A stretch of DNA of 63,963 nt, counting the filler, from Octopus bimaculoides (taxonomy: Eukaryota), in assembly GCF_001194135.2 (NCBI RefSeq). It is 4 parts of 4 records of this genome, joined end to end, with 100 filler letters (N's around TTAATTAATTAA, not from the genome) between each part and the next. Parts side by side here need not be neighbours in the genome. Positions count along the whole stretch, not along the records: positions 10,741 to 36,850 come from NC_068983.1; positions 36,951 to 58,567 come from NC_068982.1; 2 more parts are not named here. One strand, 5' to 3'. A model generated the notes under the pieces. That model was not told where the DNA came from. It ran no database searches and saw only the letters and a list, made by a program, of their open reading frames with translations. A program made the position numbers and the translations under genes. Below, in pieces: positions 35,393 through 48,015 of the stretch (the first letter of the stretch is position 1; every line of letters starts with the position of its first letter).

Positions 35393-36571
35393 TACTTTCA
35401 TGATCAGAAAAAGAGAGATCAATTTTCAATTCTAATTTGAGCTTTCATCAGACTGAGTATCCTCTTTAACTGTCTATAGTCCCTATAAACCTACTACTAC
35501 TACTACTACTACTTAGAGCTTGAGTAAATTGGATAAACTGATATACATATTGCAACACATCCTTAGCAGCTAATTCAATGAATTCATTGAATTAGCTGCC
35601 AATGATGTGTTGTAATACACAAATCTGTCTGATTTGCTTAAGCTCTTAGTAATATTATCTGTGTCAATAGTCCAAGAAGGTGCTCAGTTGCTGATAAAAT
35701 CAGTCTATCTGATGCTGATTTATTATTTTCTATTCACAAGGATATTATATATGAAGTCTAGGTACTTACATTTATTATATACAATGTTGACCAAGACTAT
35801 AGATAAACTTTTCAGCAATTAATAGCATTAAAACAAACACTGCTCATGCATCAGAAATTTAATGATACATACACAGATATATAATAAGTTTCTAATCATA
35901 ACAAGGTTTATATAAACACATTTTGTAAGGAATGTACTGTACACAATTTTGTGTTTATGAAGTGTGTAGGAAATAGTATTATATATGTGATCTAATGGAA
36001 AAAAATTTGGTAAGTTTGTTTCTTATTCAAGTTAAATGGGTTCTATTATTTAAAACAGCTGAAAATGTTGGTAAACAAATAGCTAACTCAGTTATGTGCT
36101 GCTATTGGTAATGTTTTGGTAGTTAGAGTAAAAACAGACAGCTGCTCGATCTGTTGGGTACAAAGTGAAACTGGAGGATTTGTTTCATTTTTTGTGTGAG
36201 TTTTAGCCAATATAGCTGCCAGAGCATACAACCAGTGAAAATCTGGAAAATGTTGCTTGTTAGGACAGAATTCTTACACAATTACTGGTGAAGAAATTGG
36301 TATGTGCCATATACGAAAGTGTTTACAGTGAAGGTTTAATCCTCTAGCATTGATATTACTCTGTCAAATGTAATGCTTATTTATTCACATTGTTTTGAAT
36401 TAATCATGCCTTAGCTTGTAGCTTCAAGATTTCAATGATGTGATTGTTTTTAGAATAACATTGTAGAACAGCTGTGAGAGACTGGATCTCGCCAGTTTGG
36501 ACATAAAATGAGTAGAATATTTGACATAGATATGACCAGTTTGAATGCTAAAGACTTAAAACATTTGTTGT

Positions 36572-36850
36572 TGAGGGTTCCAGTTGATCCGATCAACGGA
36601 ACAGCCTGCTCGTGAAATTAACGTGCAAGTGGCTGAGCACTCCACAGACACGTGTACCCTTAATGTAGTTCTCGGGGATATTCAGCATGACACAGTGTGA
36701 CAAGGCTGACCCTTTGAAATACAGGTACAACAGAAACAGGAAGTAAGAGTGAGAAAATGTTGTGGTGAAAGAGTACAGCAGGGTTCGCCACCATCCCCTG
36801 CCGGAGCCTCATGGAGCTTTAGGTGTTTTCGTTCAATAAACACTCACAAC
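36572..36850 (-). mobile_element. SINE (8411 family), head lost in gap
   Basis: Nearly identical to 8445-8720. Confidence 0.9.
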
Positions 36851-36950
36851 NNNNNNNNNNNNNNNNNNNNNNNNNNNNNNNNNNNNNNNNNNNNTTAATT
36901 AATTAANNNNNNNNNNNNNNNNNNNNNNNNNNNNNNNNNNNNNNNNNNNN

Positions 36951-37012
<62 letters not shown>

Positions 37013-37025
37013 CTATGTGCCTGTG

Positions 37026-37405
37026 TCTGTCCCCGTTCGAACGGAACAGCCATGTTGAAGTGGCGACAAACATTATTTGTAAGAATAGTCACTGCGTTCA
37101 TCTCTTACAGAGATTTTAGAACTAGCTTCTTTGCTTGTTGTAAGATCAGCGACTGAATGTCGCATGTATTTATATATATTGCGAACAGAAGCGAGCTACT
37201 GCCATATCTAGCAGACGAGGTGACCAGTACTGAGGAAGGGCAGAAATAACCCGAAAGCAGACTGGTCTGCTAATCTCGTCGCTAGTATATATCGGATGTA
37301 GGTTGCATAGTTAACCGGCTGGAGGAAATGTCCTCTTGGAGTTGAAAACCCGCAGTAACGTCTGTCCGAACGGAACAGCCACGTTGAAGTGCCGACGAAC
37401 AGTAA
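37026..37405 (+). mobile_element. Short direct-repeat-bounded element with a hammerhead-like motif
   Basis: 35-bp direct repeats at 37038-37072 and 37367-37401 (3 mismatches). Motif gaccagt-a-CTGAGGA-a-ggg-(9 nt)-ccc-GAAA-gcag-actggtc at 37222-37267. Confidence 0.55.
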
Positions 37406-37487
37406 TTGTGTGTGTGTGTGTGTATGTGTGAGAGAGAGAGAGTGTGTAAGTGTGGTAGCATGTGCATGTAGGATTATATGTAAGTGC

Positions 37488-37509
<22 letters not shown>

Positions 37510-37519
<10 letters not shown>

Positions 37520-37745
37520 AAGAAATAACTGAGATTCAGTTGAATTAGGTACTTAAGTTGAAGCATCAAGTCAGTCCGGTGTTATCCACACAGCTCGAAG
37601 TTAGATAAATAAAATCAAAATAAGTAACAATATATCAAAAAGTGATGCAGTACGACGGTTTCAAGCGGCTCCATTTAACTGAACAATGCAATCAGTACAT
37701 CAATTTAAAGGCAAAGCTATCATTAGCTGCACAAATAAATAGAAT
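37510..37745 (+). repeat. Solo arm of the long-TIR family seen at 50266-51545
   Basis: aaaataag.aaca...gatgcagtacgac.gtttca.gc..ctccatttaa.tgaacaat.caatca is shared. Confidence 0.7.
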
Positions 37746-38525
37746 TTTAATCAGTTGGATACAGTAATATAATTTTTCTCAAATGCTTTAACAGAGCAAG
37801 ATGGAAGAAGTCCATGTTGTCGCTATTGTAGCTAAGAATAGACTACACTTCCAAGGAAGGCATGAACCGATTTTCTCCAAATTGTACACACACATCACTT
37901 ATGCCCCAAAGGTAGTCATGCACTGTAAGATTTTCCCGCAATACAGACAGATTGCTTTAAGTGAACTTATAGAAAGATGTGCAGGTAACATTAAACCAAA
38001 TTTCTCAGTTTTTTCCCTTCAACCAGTGCAAAGGTACAATTTCTATACAAGAACGCTTAAATAAAGAAATTCGAAAATTACAGAATAACGTCTAAATATG
38101 CACGCATAACCAGCTTTGATCTCTATTTTAATTCACGATTACATACCAATCACTGTACATATTTCTCCACACTACTCTAGTTTTTTGAATTTTTGTGTAT
38201 GTAAATATATATACCCCACCCCACCTTACCGAAAGATGAACAATTATTTCTCCTGTCTACAATAATAACGATAACCAATTACATAACCTTAGATTTTTCT
38301 ATTTATTGAAACATTCATTCATAAACTCCACACACAATACGATCAAAAAATGTCTTTCTTAAGAATATACGTATTTAAATATATTTTAATGTCATGATTA
38401 GCGAAAGCGAAACCGGTCGACAATTCAACATAAGATATATTAAAAATTATATTAAAACTATGTAACGTGTGTGCATTTTCCTTCTTTAATTTCTTATATA
38501 TATATGTGTGTGTGCGTGTGTATAA

Positions 38526-38566
<41 letters not shown>

Positions 38567-39224
38567 AACACATACACACATACATACACAGACACACACA
38601 TACACATATATATAAAACTCAAATTCAGTTTCAATCAACCGAATGAAATCAAATATATGCGTGAAGGCTCGTGTGTGTGAGTCTGCATATTGTTTACCGT
38701 TCTCTATATGTATACGGGTTTATCTGCATACATAAATATTTATAAGTCCATGTACTGCATATGAATGTTTTTAGCTTTTGGAAATTTCATCGACGTATGG
38801 TTGTACGTGCGCGCATGTATGTGTGTGTGTGCGTTCAACTGTCGATATTATTAACCCTAAATAATTTCGTTACATCAGCTATTTGGTTGAATTGAACTTT
38901 TATAAAACCTCTCAACTACTGTTTCTTTTAAAACATTAAATTTCATCGTAAATAAATTATATCAGTTCAGTTTTGGAATAACTTCGAAAAATTTGTATAG
39001 ACGTCAGTTATAACTAAGTTCTGATTAATTTCAGTGCCCATCCATCTTTAAGACAAGTTTATTTCTATCTATAATAACCAATCTTTCATATAATGTTTAA
39101 AAATGTGTGTGTGTGTGTGCGTGCGTATGTATGTGTGTGTATGTGTGTGTGCGTATGTATGTGTGTGTGTGTGCGTGTGTGTGTGTGTGTGCGTGTGTGT
39201 GTGTGCGCGTGTGTGTGTGTATAT

Positions 39225-39452
39225 GATGGCACGTGGTTCATTTGTTAGAGGATCGGCTTTAGAAACATGACGCTGTGAGTTCGATTACCAGACCTGGCTA
39301 TGTTGTGTTCTTGAGCAAGCCACTTTATTTCAGGCTGCCACAGTTCACTCAGGTGCATCGGCTTTTACCTTTCCCTTAGTCAACATCGGTAACGTGGAGA
39401 GGGGAGAATGGTATGCATGGATGACTGCTGGTCTTCTACAAATAATCTTGCT
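39225..39452 (+). mobile_element. tRNA-headed SINE
   Basis: B-box gagttcgattacc followed by the tgttgtgttcttgagcaag core. Confidence 0.75.
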
Positions 39453-40049
39453 CTAGTTATATATACATGCATGCATACATGCTTTTACAGCTTTTGAAAG
39501 CTGACAAAATGAGTTGAATTTTACCCTAGGCGCAATAAGAGCCATCGATGAGAATTAAGATGCTCTGCATCAAAATTCAAAGTCGCCGGTGATCTGGCTA
39601 TGTATGCTGGGGGATTTATCTCCCCTTGTCGGTCTGTGGCGATTGAGTTATTTTGACTATCATTTCTAGAAATGCAGGTAACACTTAGTACCCTCCGCCA
39701 CGTTAGTGACGTCCATAAATTTGCCCTTAGCTTGTTAAACTGCTAATAAGCCACCCATATTATTTGTGTGTGTATACATATATATATAAATTAAAGTGGC
39801 TTGTTCGCGATTTTCAACCGAAAGGCAGAACTATAGACATCATTATTAAGGGTACTAGTTAGCAGCAGTATTGGTAGAAATAAGAGTTAAAACAATTCTT
39901 GTCGACGATAAAGCACGTATCTTATGACTGATAAGGGAAGCAAGCTCCCTACACCATCCGAGACATAACCAGATCACCAGTTATTTTGCATTTTAGTTAA
40001 TGCTCGTAGCGGCTCTTACCCGACTGCCTAGAGTTAAGCTGGCTCACCT

Positions 40050-40362
40050 TGTTAGTTTATAAGAGTTACCGTAGAAATCCCACGCTGGGGTTGCACGTAG
40101 AAAGTTACCCTCCAAGGCATTAGTCCGGACAAGGTTGTTTATGGAAGACAAACAGTCGCTCGGCTTCACGTCGCCGATGTTATCCAACGGAAAAGCAAAG
40201 GCCGATACAGCTTGGCACCAGTGACGTCGCAACTCATTTCTACAGCTGGGTGTACTGGAGTAACGCGAAATAAATTGCTTTGCTCTAGAACACAACGCTC
40301 CATTCGGTATGGTAATCGAACTCTCATGATTGTGTGCCCGACGCTCTAATCACCGAGTTACG
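40050..40362 (-). mobile_element. tRNA-headed SINE
   Basis: Shares gatacagcttggca..gtgacgtcgcaactcatttctacagctg with 54185-54480. Confidence 0.82.
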
Positions 40363-40778
40363 TAGATGTTATTAAACTCAATCATAAACGTCCAACAAGT
40401 CTCGTTAGTGACAGAACAGTCTACAGACCCCTGCGGCTGTACCGAGGACAGTACATCCCGCGTGAGCGGGTCAGTCCCCTTTGTTATTGAAATGTCATTT
40501 TATGGTTATTGTACACACATGTATTGATACATGTGTTGATATATAATATGAACATACACTTATATATACATCCACTCATATTCATCCGCTCCCACATATA
40601 TACCTATATATATACATTCGGACTTAGACCTATGTCTATACACACATTCACGTATGTAGATAGACACACGTAAAAGTGCAAACGTAAAAGCGCATAAATA
40701 CGTACGTAAAAGCGCATAAATTCGTAAAAGCGCATAAATACATATATTCATAGAACTGCATGTGAGTGTGTGTAGGTA

Positions 40779-40831
<53 letters not shown>

Positions 40832-41179
40832 CTACACACACCCATGTACATCTTTATGTGTACACACTCATCTATGTATATATCCAAGTTCACCTGGACA
40901 CACAGACATGTTCAGTTGTATTCTTTGAGATATGTTAATTACACAATGTAAGAAAACAATGAAACGATATATATATACCTATATGTATACATTTGCACCT
41001 GCACTTGTGCCCAAGCACACATTTATGTATGTGGATAGGCACACACACACACAATATACAATATATAATCTATAAGCAGCCTACATTAACAAACTCCATC
41101 TGAAATGTAGTCATCATCCTTTCATTTTTCCAATTATTACATATTATATACATATATATAGTCTCTCAATTTTGCCATG

Positions 41180-42275
41180 TCGTATCCAGTCGCACTCATT
41201 TGCATTCCGTAGAGCTGTCTCTTAGACGCTTCTGCGTCCTCTATTATCTCTGCAATATTTCCCACTCCCCCAAGGTTATGTCTTCTAGCAGAGGTGTACC
41301 TCTTCTTTTAGAGATATTGTTCCCGTATTAATATTTGACATACAATTTCATCTTTTCTTCACCACCATTGTCCTACAAAAATATTTTTATGATGGCATAT
41401 TTCACTGCTCGAGCTAGAAGACGTTAAATTCATAGTATGCAGCATGGTGAATGTGAACTATTTGGGTAAATAGACCCATTGAGTCAATAATGGGTATCAC
41501 TAGATTTTGACCAAACAAGCTCAATGACCAGAATCAACTAGTTCAGTTAGTTAAATAGTGCTACCATTTGTAGTCGCAACGTGCGCAGATGAAATATTTC
41601 AACTAGCGAAAGACCAATGTAAGTAAAACACAGACCAGCCATTCATTCTTCATTCCTCGATCGAATTACTGGTATAGAAGTGTTATATTGGTCCAGGCAA
41701 GTCATCCGATCTGCATGATCACTACAAGACGCTGATCGAAAAATATTGCTTCCAAGGAATAAATATTCTTCACACTATTAAGCAATAACTTGGTATGTAA
41801 TCCGTTTGCCCAGAATCCTATTGCGTTTTTTTATATTTTCTAATCGTCTAGTATTCACACCAATGTATCAATAATTTTTGCATAGCAGTACTAAAACGCT
41901 GTATTTTAAGGGTAATAGATTAATTTTTCTCCCGTATTGCGGACGTCTTGTTCATTACTGACTATGGTTATTTAGTTCTTACTTCACTGCCTCTCTGAAC
42001 ATTCTACCAAACATCCCATATATTAAGAGTCATTTACGCACTTCAATTTAACACGCTTTGATGATTTAATGTCGTATTTTTGTTGATTGAAAATCATAGA
42101 CTCAGTTTAATCATCAGTGGTGTGTAATCTACCAATTTTGCAGCTTCCTCACATCGGTGAAGTAGAAGCTGAGCTTCTTTTATGGTATTAGGAGAGAGTT
42201 ATATCATCAGCATAATCTCTATCAGTAATTATAGATGAAGAATGATGTCTGCTCTTTCTGGGAGCCATTTGAAAT
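41180..42275 (-). mobile_element. Old RTE-type LINE RT and C-terminal remnant
   Basis: IITDRDYADDITL...IKEAQLLLHRCEEAAKLV near 42150-42240, with a weak RTE C-terminus near 41200-41400. Confidence 0.65.
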
Positions 42276-42894
42276 TATGTTTGTGTGGTGTATGTGTGTG
42301 TGCACGTGTGTGTAAATAGTTGTATATACTTGTGTTTATGTGCATTTGTGCTTGCATGTGCTTGCGTGTCCTCATAAGTTTCTATGTATCTATTTAAAGT
42401 GGAAAGGATATTTTAATTCAGTGTTATCTAGCAATTTTCTATTGCAACTTTCAAATAACGAAAATAGCACGATTTTATTCTTAAATGTTTATATTCTAAT
42501 ATTAGGAGTTAAATTCTTTTAAAAAGGTATGTTTCAGCCCAAAAAATGTGAGCAAGGGAGAGAGAGAGAGAGAATGTGTGTGTGTGTATGTGTGTGTGTG
42601 TGTGCGTGTGTGCGTGCGTGTTTGTGTGTGTATGTGTATACCTGACTTTCTGTCAGCGTACATGTACGTGTACGTGTGAGTGAATGTGTGTGTATGTGTA
42701 CGTGTGTGTGCGTGTATGAGTGTGTGCATGTGTACGTGTGTGTGTGTCGTGCAATGTTGCATGTATGAATAGATATAGACAAAGTTAAATATTAGATAGA
42801 CATGCAGTTGTAAATAGTATCAAAGTAGTCATAGGTTATACAAATATAAACATATTAAACGAAAATACAACTGAGAACAATGAAGAAATATGGC

Positions 42895-43092
42895 ATAATC
42901 CTTTACAGTTGTTTCAGGAATTTGGTGACAAATTGAATGTCAATATGAATATTAAAAATTTTGTACGTTAATATGAGTATAAGCATATCTATATGTTATT
43001 ATCTATATTCTATATTGCTTATTTATGTAAGCATAATACCCATTACTGCATCAATTTGTCATACAATCCCTGAAACAGGTGTAAAGGATTAT
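42895..43092. repeat. Imperfect ~42-bp inverted repeat (MITE-like hairpin)
   Basis: ataatcctttaca..tgtttcagg.att...tgacaaattga at 42895-42936 and its reverse complement at 43051-43092. Confidence 0.75.
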
Positions 43093-43424
43093 CAAGGATT
43101 TTCTTTCTTTTCAATTACGTTTTCACATGTATAACCCCTGGATAACTATTTAGTTGTGAAAGAAAACTATGGACTAACTGCTTTTTTTGTACTTATATTT
43201 ACATTTGTGCAATTTATTCAAGTGGATTTACGCCATAAATAACAGCTTGTACATCTTTTTTATTTCGTCTTTTCTTTTTCATTTAGTTTCCTATCACCAG
43301 CTCTTTCATCGGGATTACAACTCCCATGATTAGAACGATGGAATATTGGAATTTGCCTTGGTTTCAGCGCTAATCCGGTCCATATTTATTCTAAGCGTTT
43401 TGACGTATGCTCATCCATTATATA

Positions 43425-43503
43425 TATTGATAGATATATTTTTAGATAGATAGATAGATAGATAGATAATAAATAGACAGACAGACAGATAGATGGATAG
43501 ATG

Positions 43504-43548
<45 letters not shown>
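43425..43548. repeat. (GATA)n/(GACA)n microsatellite
   Basis: Seen directly. Confidence 0.95.
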
Positions 43549-44098
43549 CTTTCTTTTATTAGCCACACAGGGCTGCACACAGAGGGGACAAATACAACTG
43601 TAGAGCTTTTCTTTAAAAAAATAAAAAAATTAAAAAAATCCGATCAAAAGGGGTCGGTCGGGGCAAAANNNNNNNNNNNNNNNNNNNNNNNNNNNNNNNN
43701 NNNNNNNNNNNNNNNNNNNNNNNNNNNNNNNNNNNNNNNNNNNNNNNNNNNNNNNNNNNNNNNNNNNNNNNNNNNNNNNNNNNNNNNNNNNNNNNNNNNN
43801 NNNNNNNNNNNNNNNNAATTGTGTAAAATGGGGTAACATTAGGTTTATCCATGGAGAGAAAAGCCTACGGAAAAGACCATGGTAACCTCAGCAGGGAATA
43901 GACACATGAGAGCGAAGTGCTCTCTCTCTCTTTTTTTTTTAAATTTTTTTTTCTCGATTTATAGGATCATGCTCAAAGAGGTATCGTCACTCGCACGCAC
44001 CATCTTTGCTACATTCACCCATGTTTTACATAAATTCAGAGGAAGAAGGCGTACAGAGAGATATGCGTGCATATGTTCATGTAACACACATATACATA

Positions 44099-44135
<37 letters not shown>

Positions 44136-45936
44136 ATGTATGTGGTGGTGTGTTTGCTTGCACGTTCATGGGTATGTATGCATGTACGTTTTCTCTGCCA
44201 CATTTGCCACACTCACATGCTTAAGCTTAGATAATATCACTTTCTACATATCAAACGTTATGACAGTAACAAAGCGCCACCCACACAGACATTATTTCAA
44301 CAATATTTCAACCTGTAACCAACTCTCCAAACGTAAGAGGACTTTTACTCCTCTTACGTTTTGGTTTATAGTCCCGATGTGATACACTCTGAAGGCATCA
44401 CAAAACGAAGCACGGGAGTAACAATAATATCGAGGAATTTCAAATATAATCACTCTTTCTAGTGTGAGGGCAAGGAAAATTTCCCCATTCCTTTCCGCTC
44501 TACATGCAGTCTTTAAAATCAAGACCTCCTGATCATGAAACGAGATATACTTGACAGAAGCCTCAAGTGTTCGTCGCAAATGTCAAATCTTGCACAATGA
44601 CAAACTGCGTGTATTGCAACTGCTTATAATATCAATCAAACGAATAACTGATCTATCCAATTACTGTCATCTACGAGATTCGCGATTTAAGAACTTCAAA
44701 TCCTTGGTCATTAATGCCCAGCTTAGACCACCTTAACTTTAGCTAGCCAATGCAATATATACGATAAACTATCATTGTTTTCCTGAGTAAGGTTATTTTC
44801 TTCTCATATACCGTCATTCTGGTATATGAGTACCCGGTTAAAATTACAAATATGCTATACAACTATGCCTGACATGCAAACCGAATCGTAACGTTTTGAC
44901 ATCACCATGACAGCTACCGTCATCTACCTGATGACAGCAACAACCTGTGTACTCTATGGATGTATAATTATCTGATGTCACTGTTTCGTTATTTCATTCC
45001 CGTGAGCTGATTTGATCAATAAAGGTTTCCTACCAAATGTCCTCAATAGAAACCATCTTTGAAAGCTCTTCACTCCCAGTTTGTAAGTCGGAAATTGTAG
45101 ACGTATTTCTTATCCTATTAAACATTGTGTAATATGAAGCTGAGCGATGTTGTAAATACTACCTATGACTCCAACGGCATGTATTTGTTATTTGCTTATG
45201 CTTACCTATATTCCAAACTACCGAATATTTATTTAAGTTTAAATTAAAACAGGGTGGTTGATTGTCTTATTTTTCAGCGTTGTAAAACGTAATGGCGGGT
45301 AACGTGAGAGATCACGAAAAAAAGTAGATCCTACAGAACTGCGCAAATTGGAAAATGCGAGACTGCGCTAAAAAGTAGACAGAAAACTTTCACACTGACA
45401 CGCCGTCACGACAATCGATTTACAAGAGACAAATTCTAGGCGACAGCTTCAGTGAAGTACGCACCGAAATTCAGGCCACTACGAATTTTTGTCACTGAAG
45501 AAAATGAGACGCAGGTAGCACTGACGTGTGTGAATGGACCTATGAAATCTACCAGACAAGCATAAACTAAGTCGGACATCTCACAAAGGTCTCTGGGTCG
45601 TCTCAGGAAAAAATATTAACTTGAAACTATATCAATCAAGACTCATGCAACAGGAGCCATTATCATATGTAACAAACGCGTAGTGATTTTTTAGTGTCGT
45701 ATATACAATTTAGTGAATGATTCATTCATTATTACCAAAATGTGATCAAAAGAATGAGAAAGAAGCGTTACTTTTAAACTATCTGGAGTGCATAATTGGT
45801 ATGTATAACTGCAGTAATTTTCTGAAAACTCTCAAATGAATAAAAAGTAATTATTTCGTTCATAAATTTTCTCAAAATCTAATTTAATATGTTGTATATA
45901 CAGAGCTAATATAAATATAGAAGGTTAGTGTAATAA

Positions 45937-46150
45937 TCTTTTCTACTCTTGGTAGAAGGCCCAAAATTTTGGGGGAGGGGGCAAGTCAATTAGATCGACC
46001 CCAGTACGAAACTGATATTTAATTTATAGCCCCCGAAAGGATAAAAGACAAAGTCGACTTCGGCGGAATTTGAACTCAGATCGTAAAGACAGACGAAATA
46101 CCGCTAAGCATTTCGCCCGGCGTGCTAACGTTCCTGCCAGCTCACCGCCT
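45937..46150 (-). mobile_element. tRNA-headed SINE (4061 family)
   Basis: Reverse complement has the ggcggtgagctggcaggaacgttagcacgccgggcgaaatgcttagcgg head. Confidence 0.9.
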
Positions 46151-46178
46151 TAAAGATTAGGGTAATACTGAAAGAAAG

Positions 46179-46229
<51 letters not shown>

Positions 46230-46789
46230 AGTCAGTGTATGTGTGTGTTTATGTGAGTGTGTGTGTGTGTGTGTGTGTGTGCTTGTGTGGGGTGGGGGCG
46301 CGTTTTTGTGCGTGTTCACTCTATTTATAGCGGTATACAATGAATCATCGAGAAGCCCTAGGATTAGCCCCCGTATATAAAAGAAGAGATGCCCAGCACA
46401 ACTCCTGATTGCAGAATTACTAACCATCTCTATATTACGACTCATCATCCATACTGTGTCTCACTCTTCTTAACTATAAACCATACCAGAAAACAATGCA
46501 TATTTATCCGCCGAGTAAGGTATGAAAACGTTACACCTTTTAACGCACTTCAGCAACATTATAATATATTAAAAAAACTTTACATTTTGTTTCTATTATT
46601 TCAATATGAAGATAATACAGAAGTTTTCTCCTAATATTGAAATAAACAAAGAGAATTCATAATGTCTTTAGTTTCCTCATTTTTTATGGTAATTATCATT
46701 ATTAATCATATTTTTGAAAAATTATTTTCGATCAAAGCTACTGAAAGTTTAATTATGTGTAACATAAACGTGTTTACGAGTACCAATAA

Positions 46790-46910
46790 TATAGGAAGTG
46801 TGAGTGTATATGTATGCACATATATATATATATATTATACATATATATGTATATACATATACATATATATTTATATATATATATGTAAATATTTATATAT
46901 ATATCTATAT

Positions 46911-46942
<32 letters not shown>

Positions 46943-47290
46943 GCATGTATGTACGCGTGTGTATATATGTATACATATACATTATACATACGTATACATA
47001 CATATATACATGTGCGTATATATATATTAATATATATGGATATATTCATATGAAGGGTGCGTATGTGTAACTGTAGACTCATACATATATGCATCAATGC
47101 ACAATTAAACGGAATTACATATATGTAGGTATTTATATATATATACATATATGCATACGTATATACATACATACATATATATATATGTACATATATATAT
47201 ATATATANNNNNNNNNNTATTTATATATATATACATATATAGGTAAGTAGGTAGGTAGTTATGTCGGTATGTATATATGTATAAATATAC
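46790..47290. repeat. Long degenerate TA/TG/TAC low-complexity tract
   Basis: Seen directly. Confidence 0.93.
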
Positions 47291-47967
47291 AGAAAGAGTT
47301 ATAAACTTAATTATCAAAATAACAACATTTCTTTTTATTTTCATTATTGTTTTAGTGATGCAGTCCTAAATTACGTACCAAAATGTTTATAGTCCTGTCT
47401 CTTCGAAGCTTGCCTTTTCTTCCTCTGTGAACAAGGTGAAACTAATAAAAACAAAGTACATCTATAATTTGGTTGAAGTAACATAGCCATAAAATATAGA
47501 TATATACATATATTATGGCTTTAGTCTTTTTAATGTGTAAATCTTAACGGTCCGTTTCAGCAGACATTAAAAATTATGCTGTTTTATATATAGGAATTAT
47601 TGTTTTACACATACATACTTACACTCGTGTATGCGTGTATCTGTGTGTATGGATGCATGTATATATCTAATTATGTATATATGTACACATACGCCCCTCT
47701 CTCTCTCTCTCTATCTCTTTCTCTCTTTCTCTCTCTCTCTCTTTCTCTCTCTCTCTCCCTCTTTCTCATACTACATATACCTATATATATGCGTGTGCGC
47801 GCGCGTGTGTGTATATGCGTGTATGCGTGTTTGTTGTCTTGCGCGCGTGCGTTTGTGAGTTTCAAAGCACATATTATACTATTCAGAATATGAGTTTGTC
47901 ATTTTATGGGCGTGCTTGCGTGCGTGCTGGAGTTTGATGTACGTGTATCTGTTTGCGTATATGCTTA

Positions 47968-48015
<48 letters not shown>

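Noticed and set aside
36130-36210. Plus-strand peptide TAARSVGYKVKLED resembling a DEAH-helicase motif
   Set aside because: Bounded by stops within ~25 codons, with a poor acceptor and no neighbouring helicase motifs.
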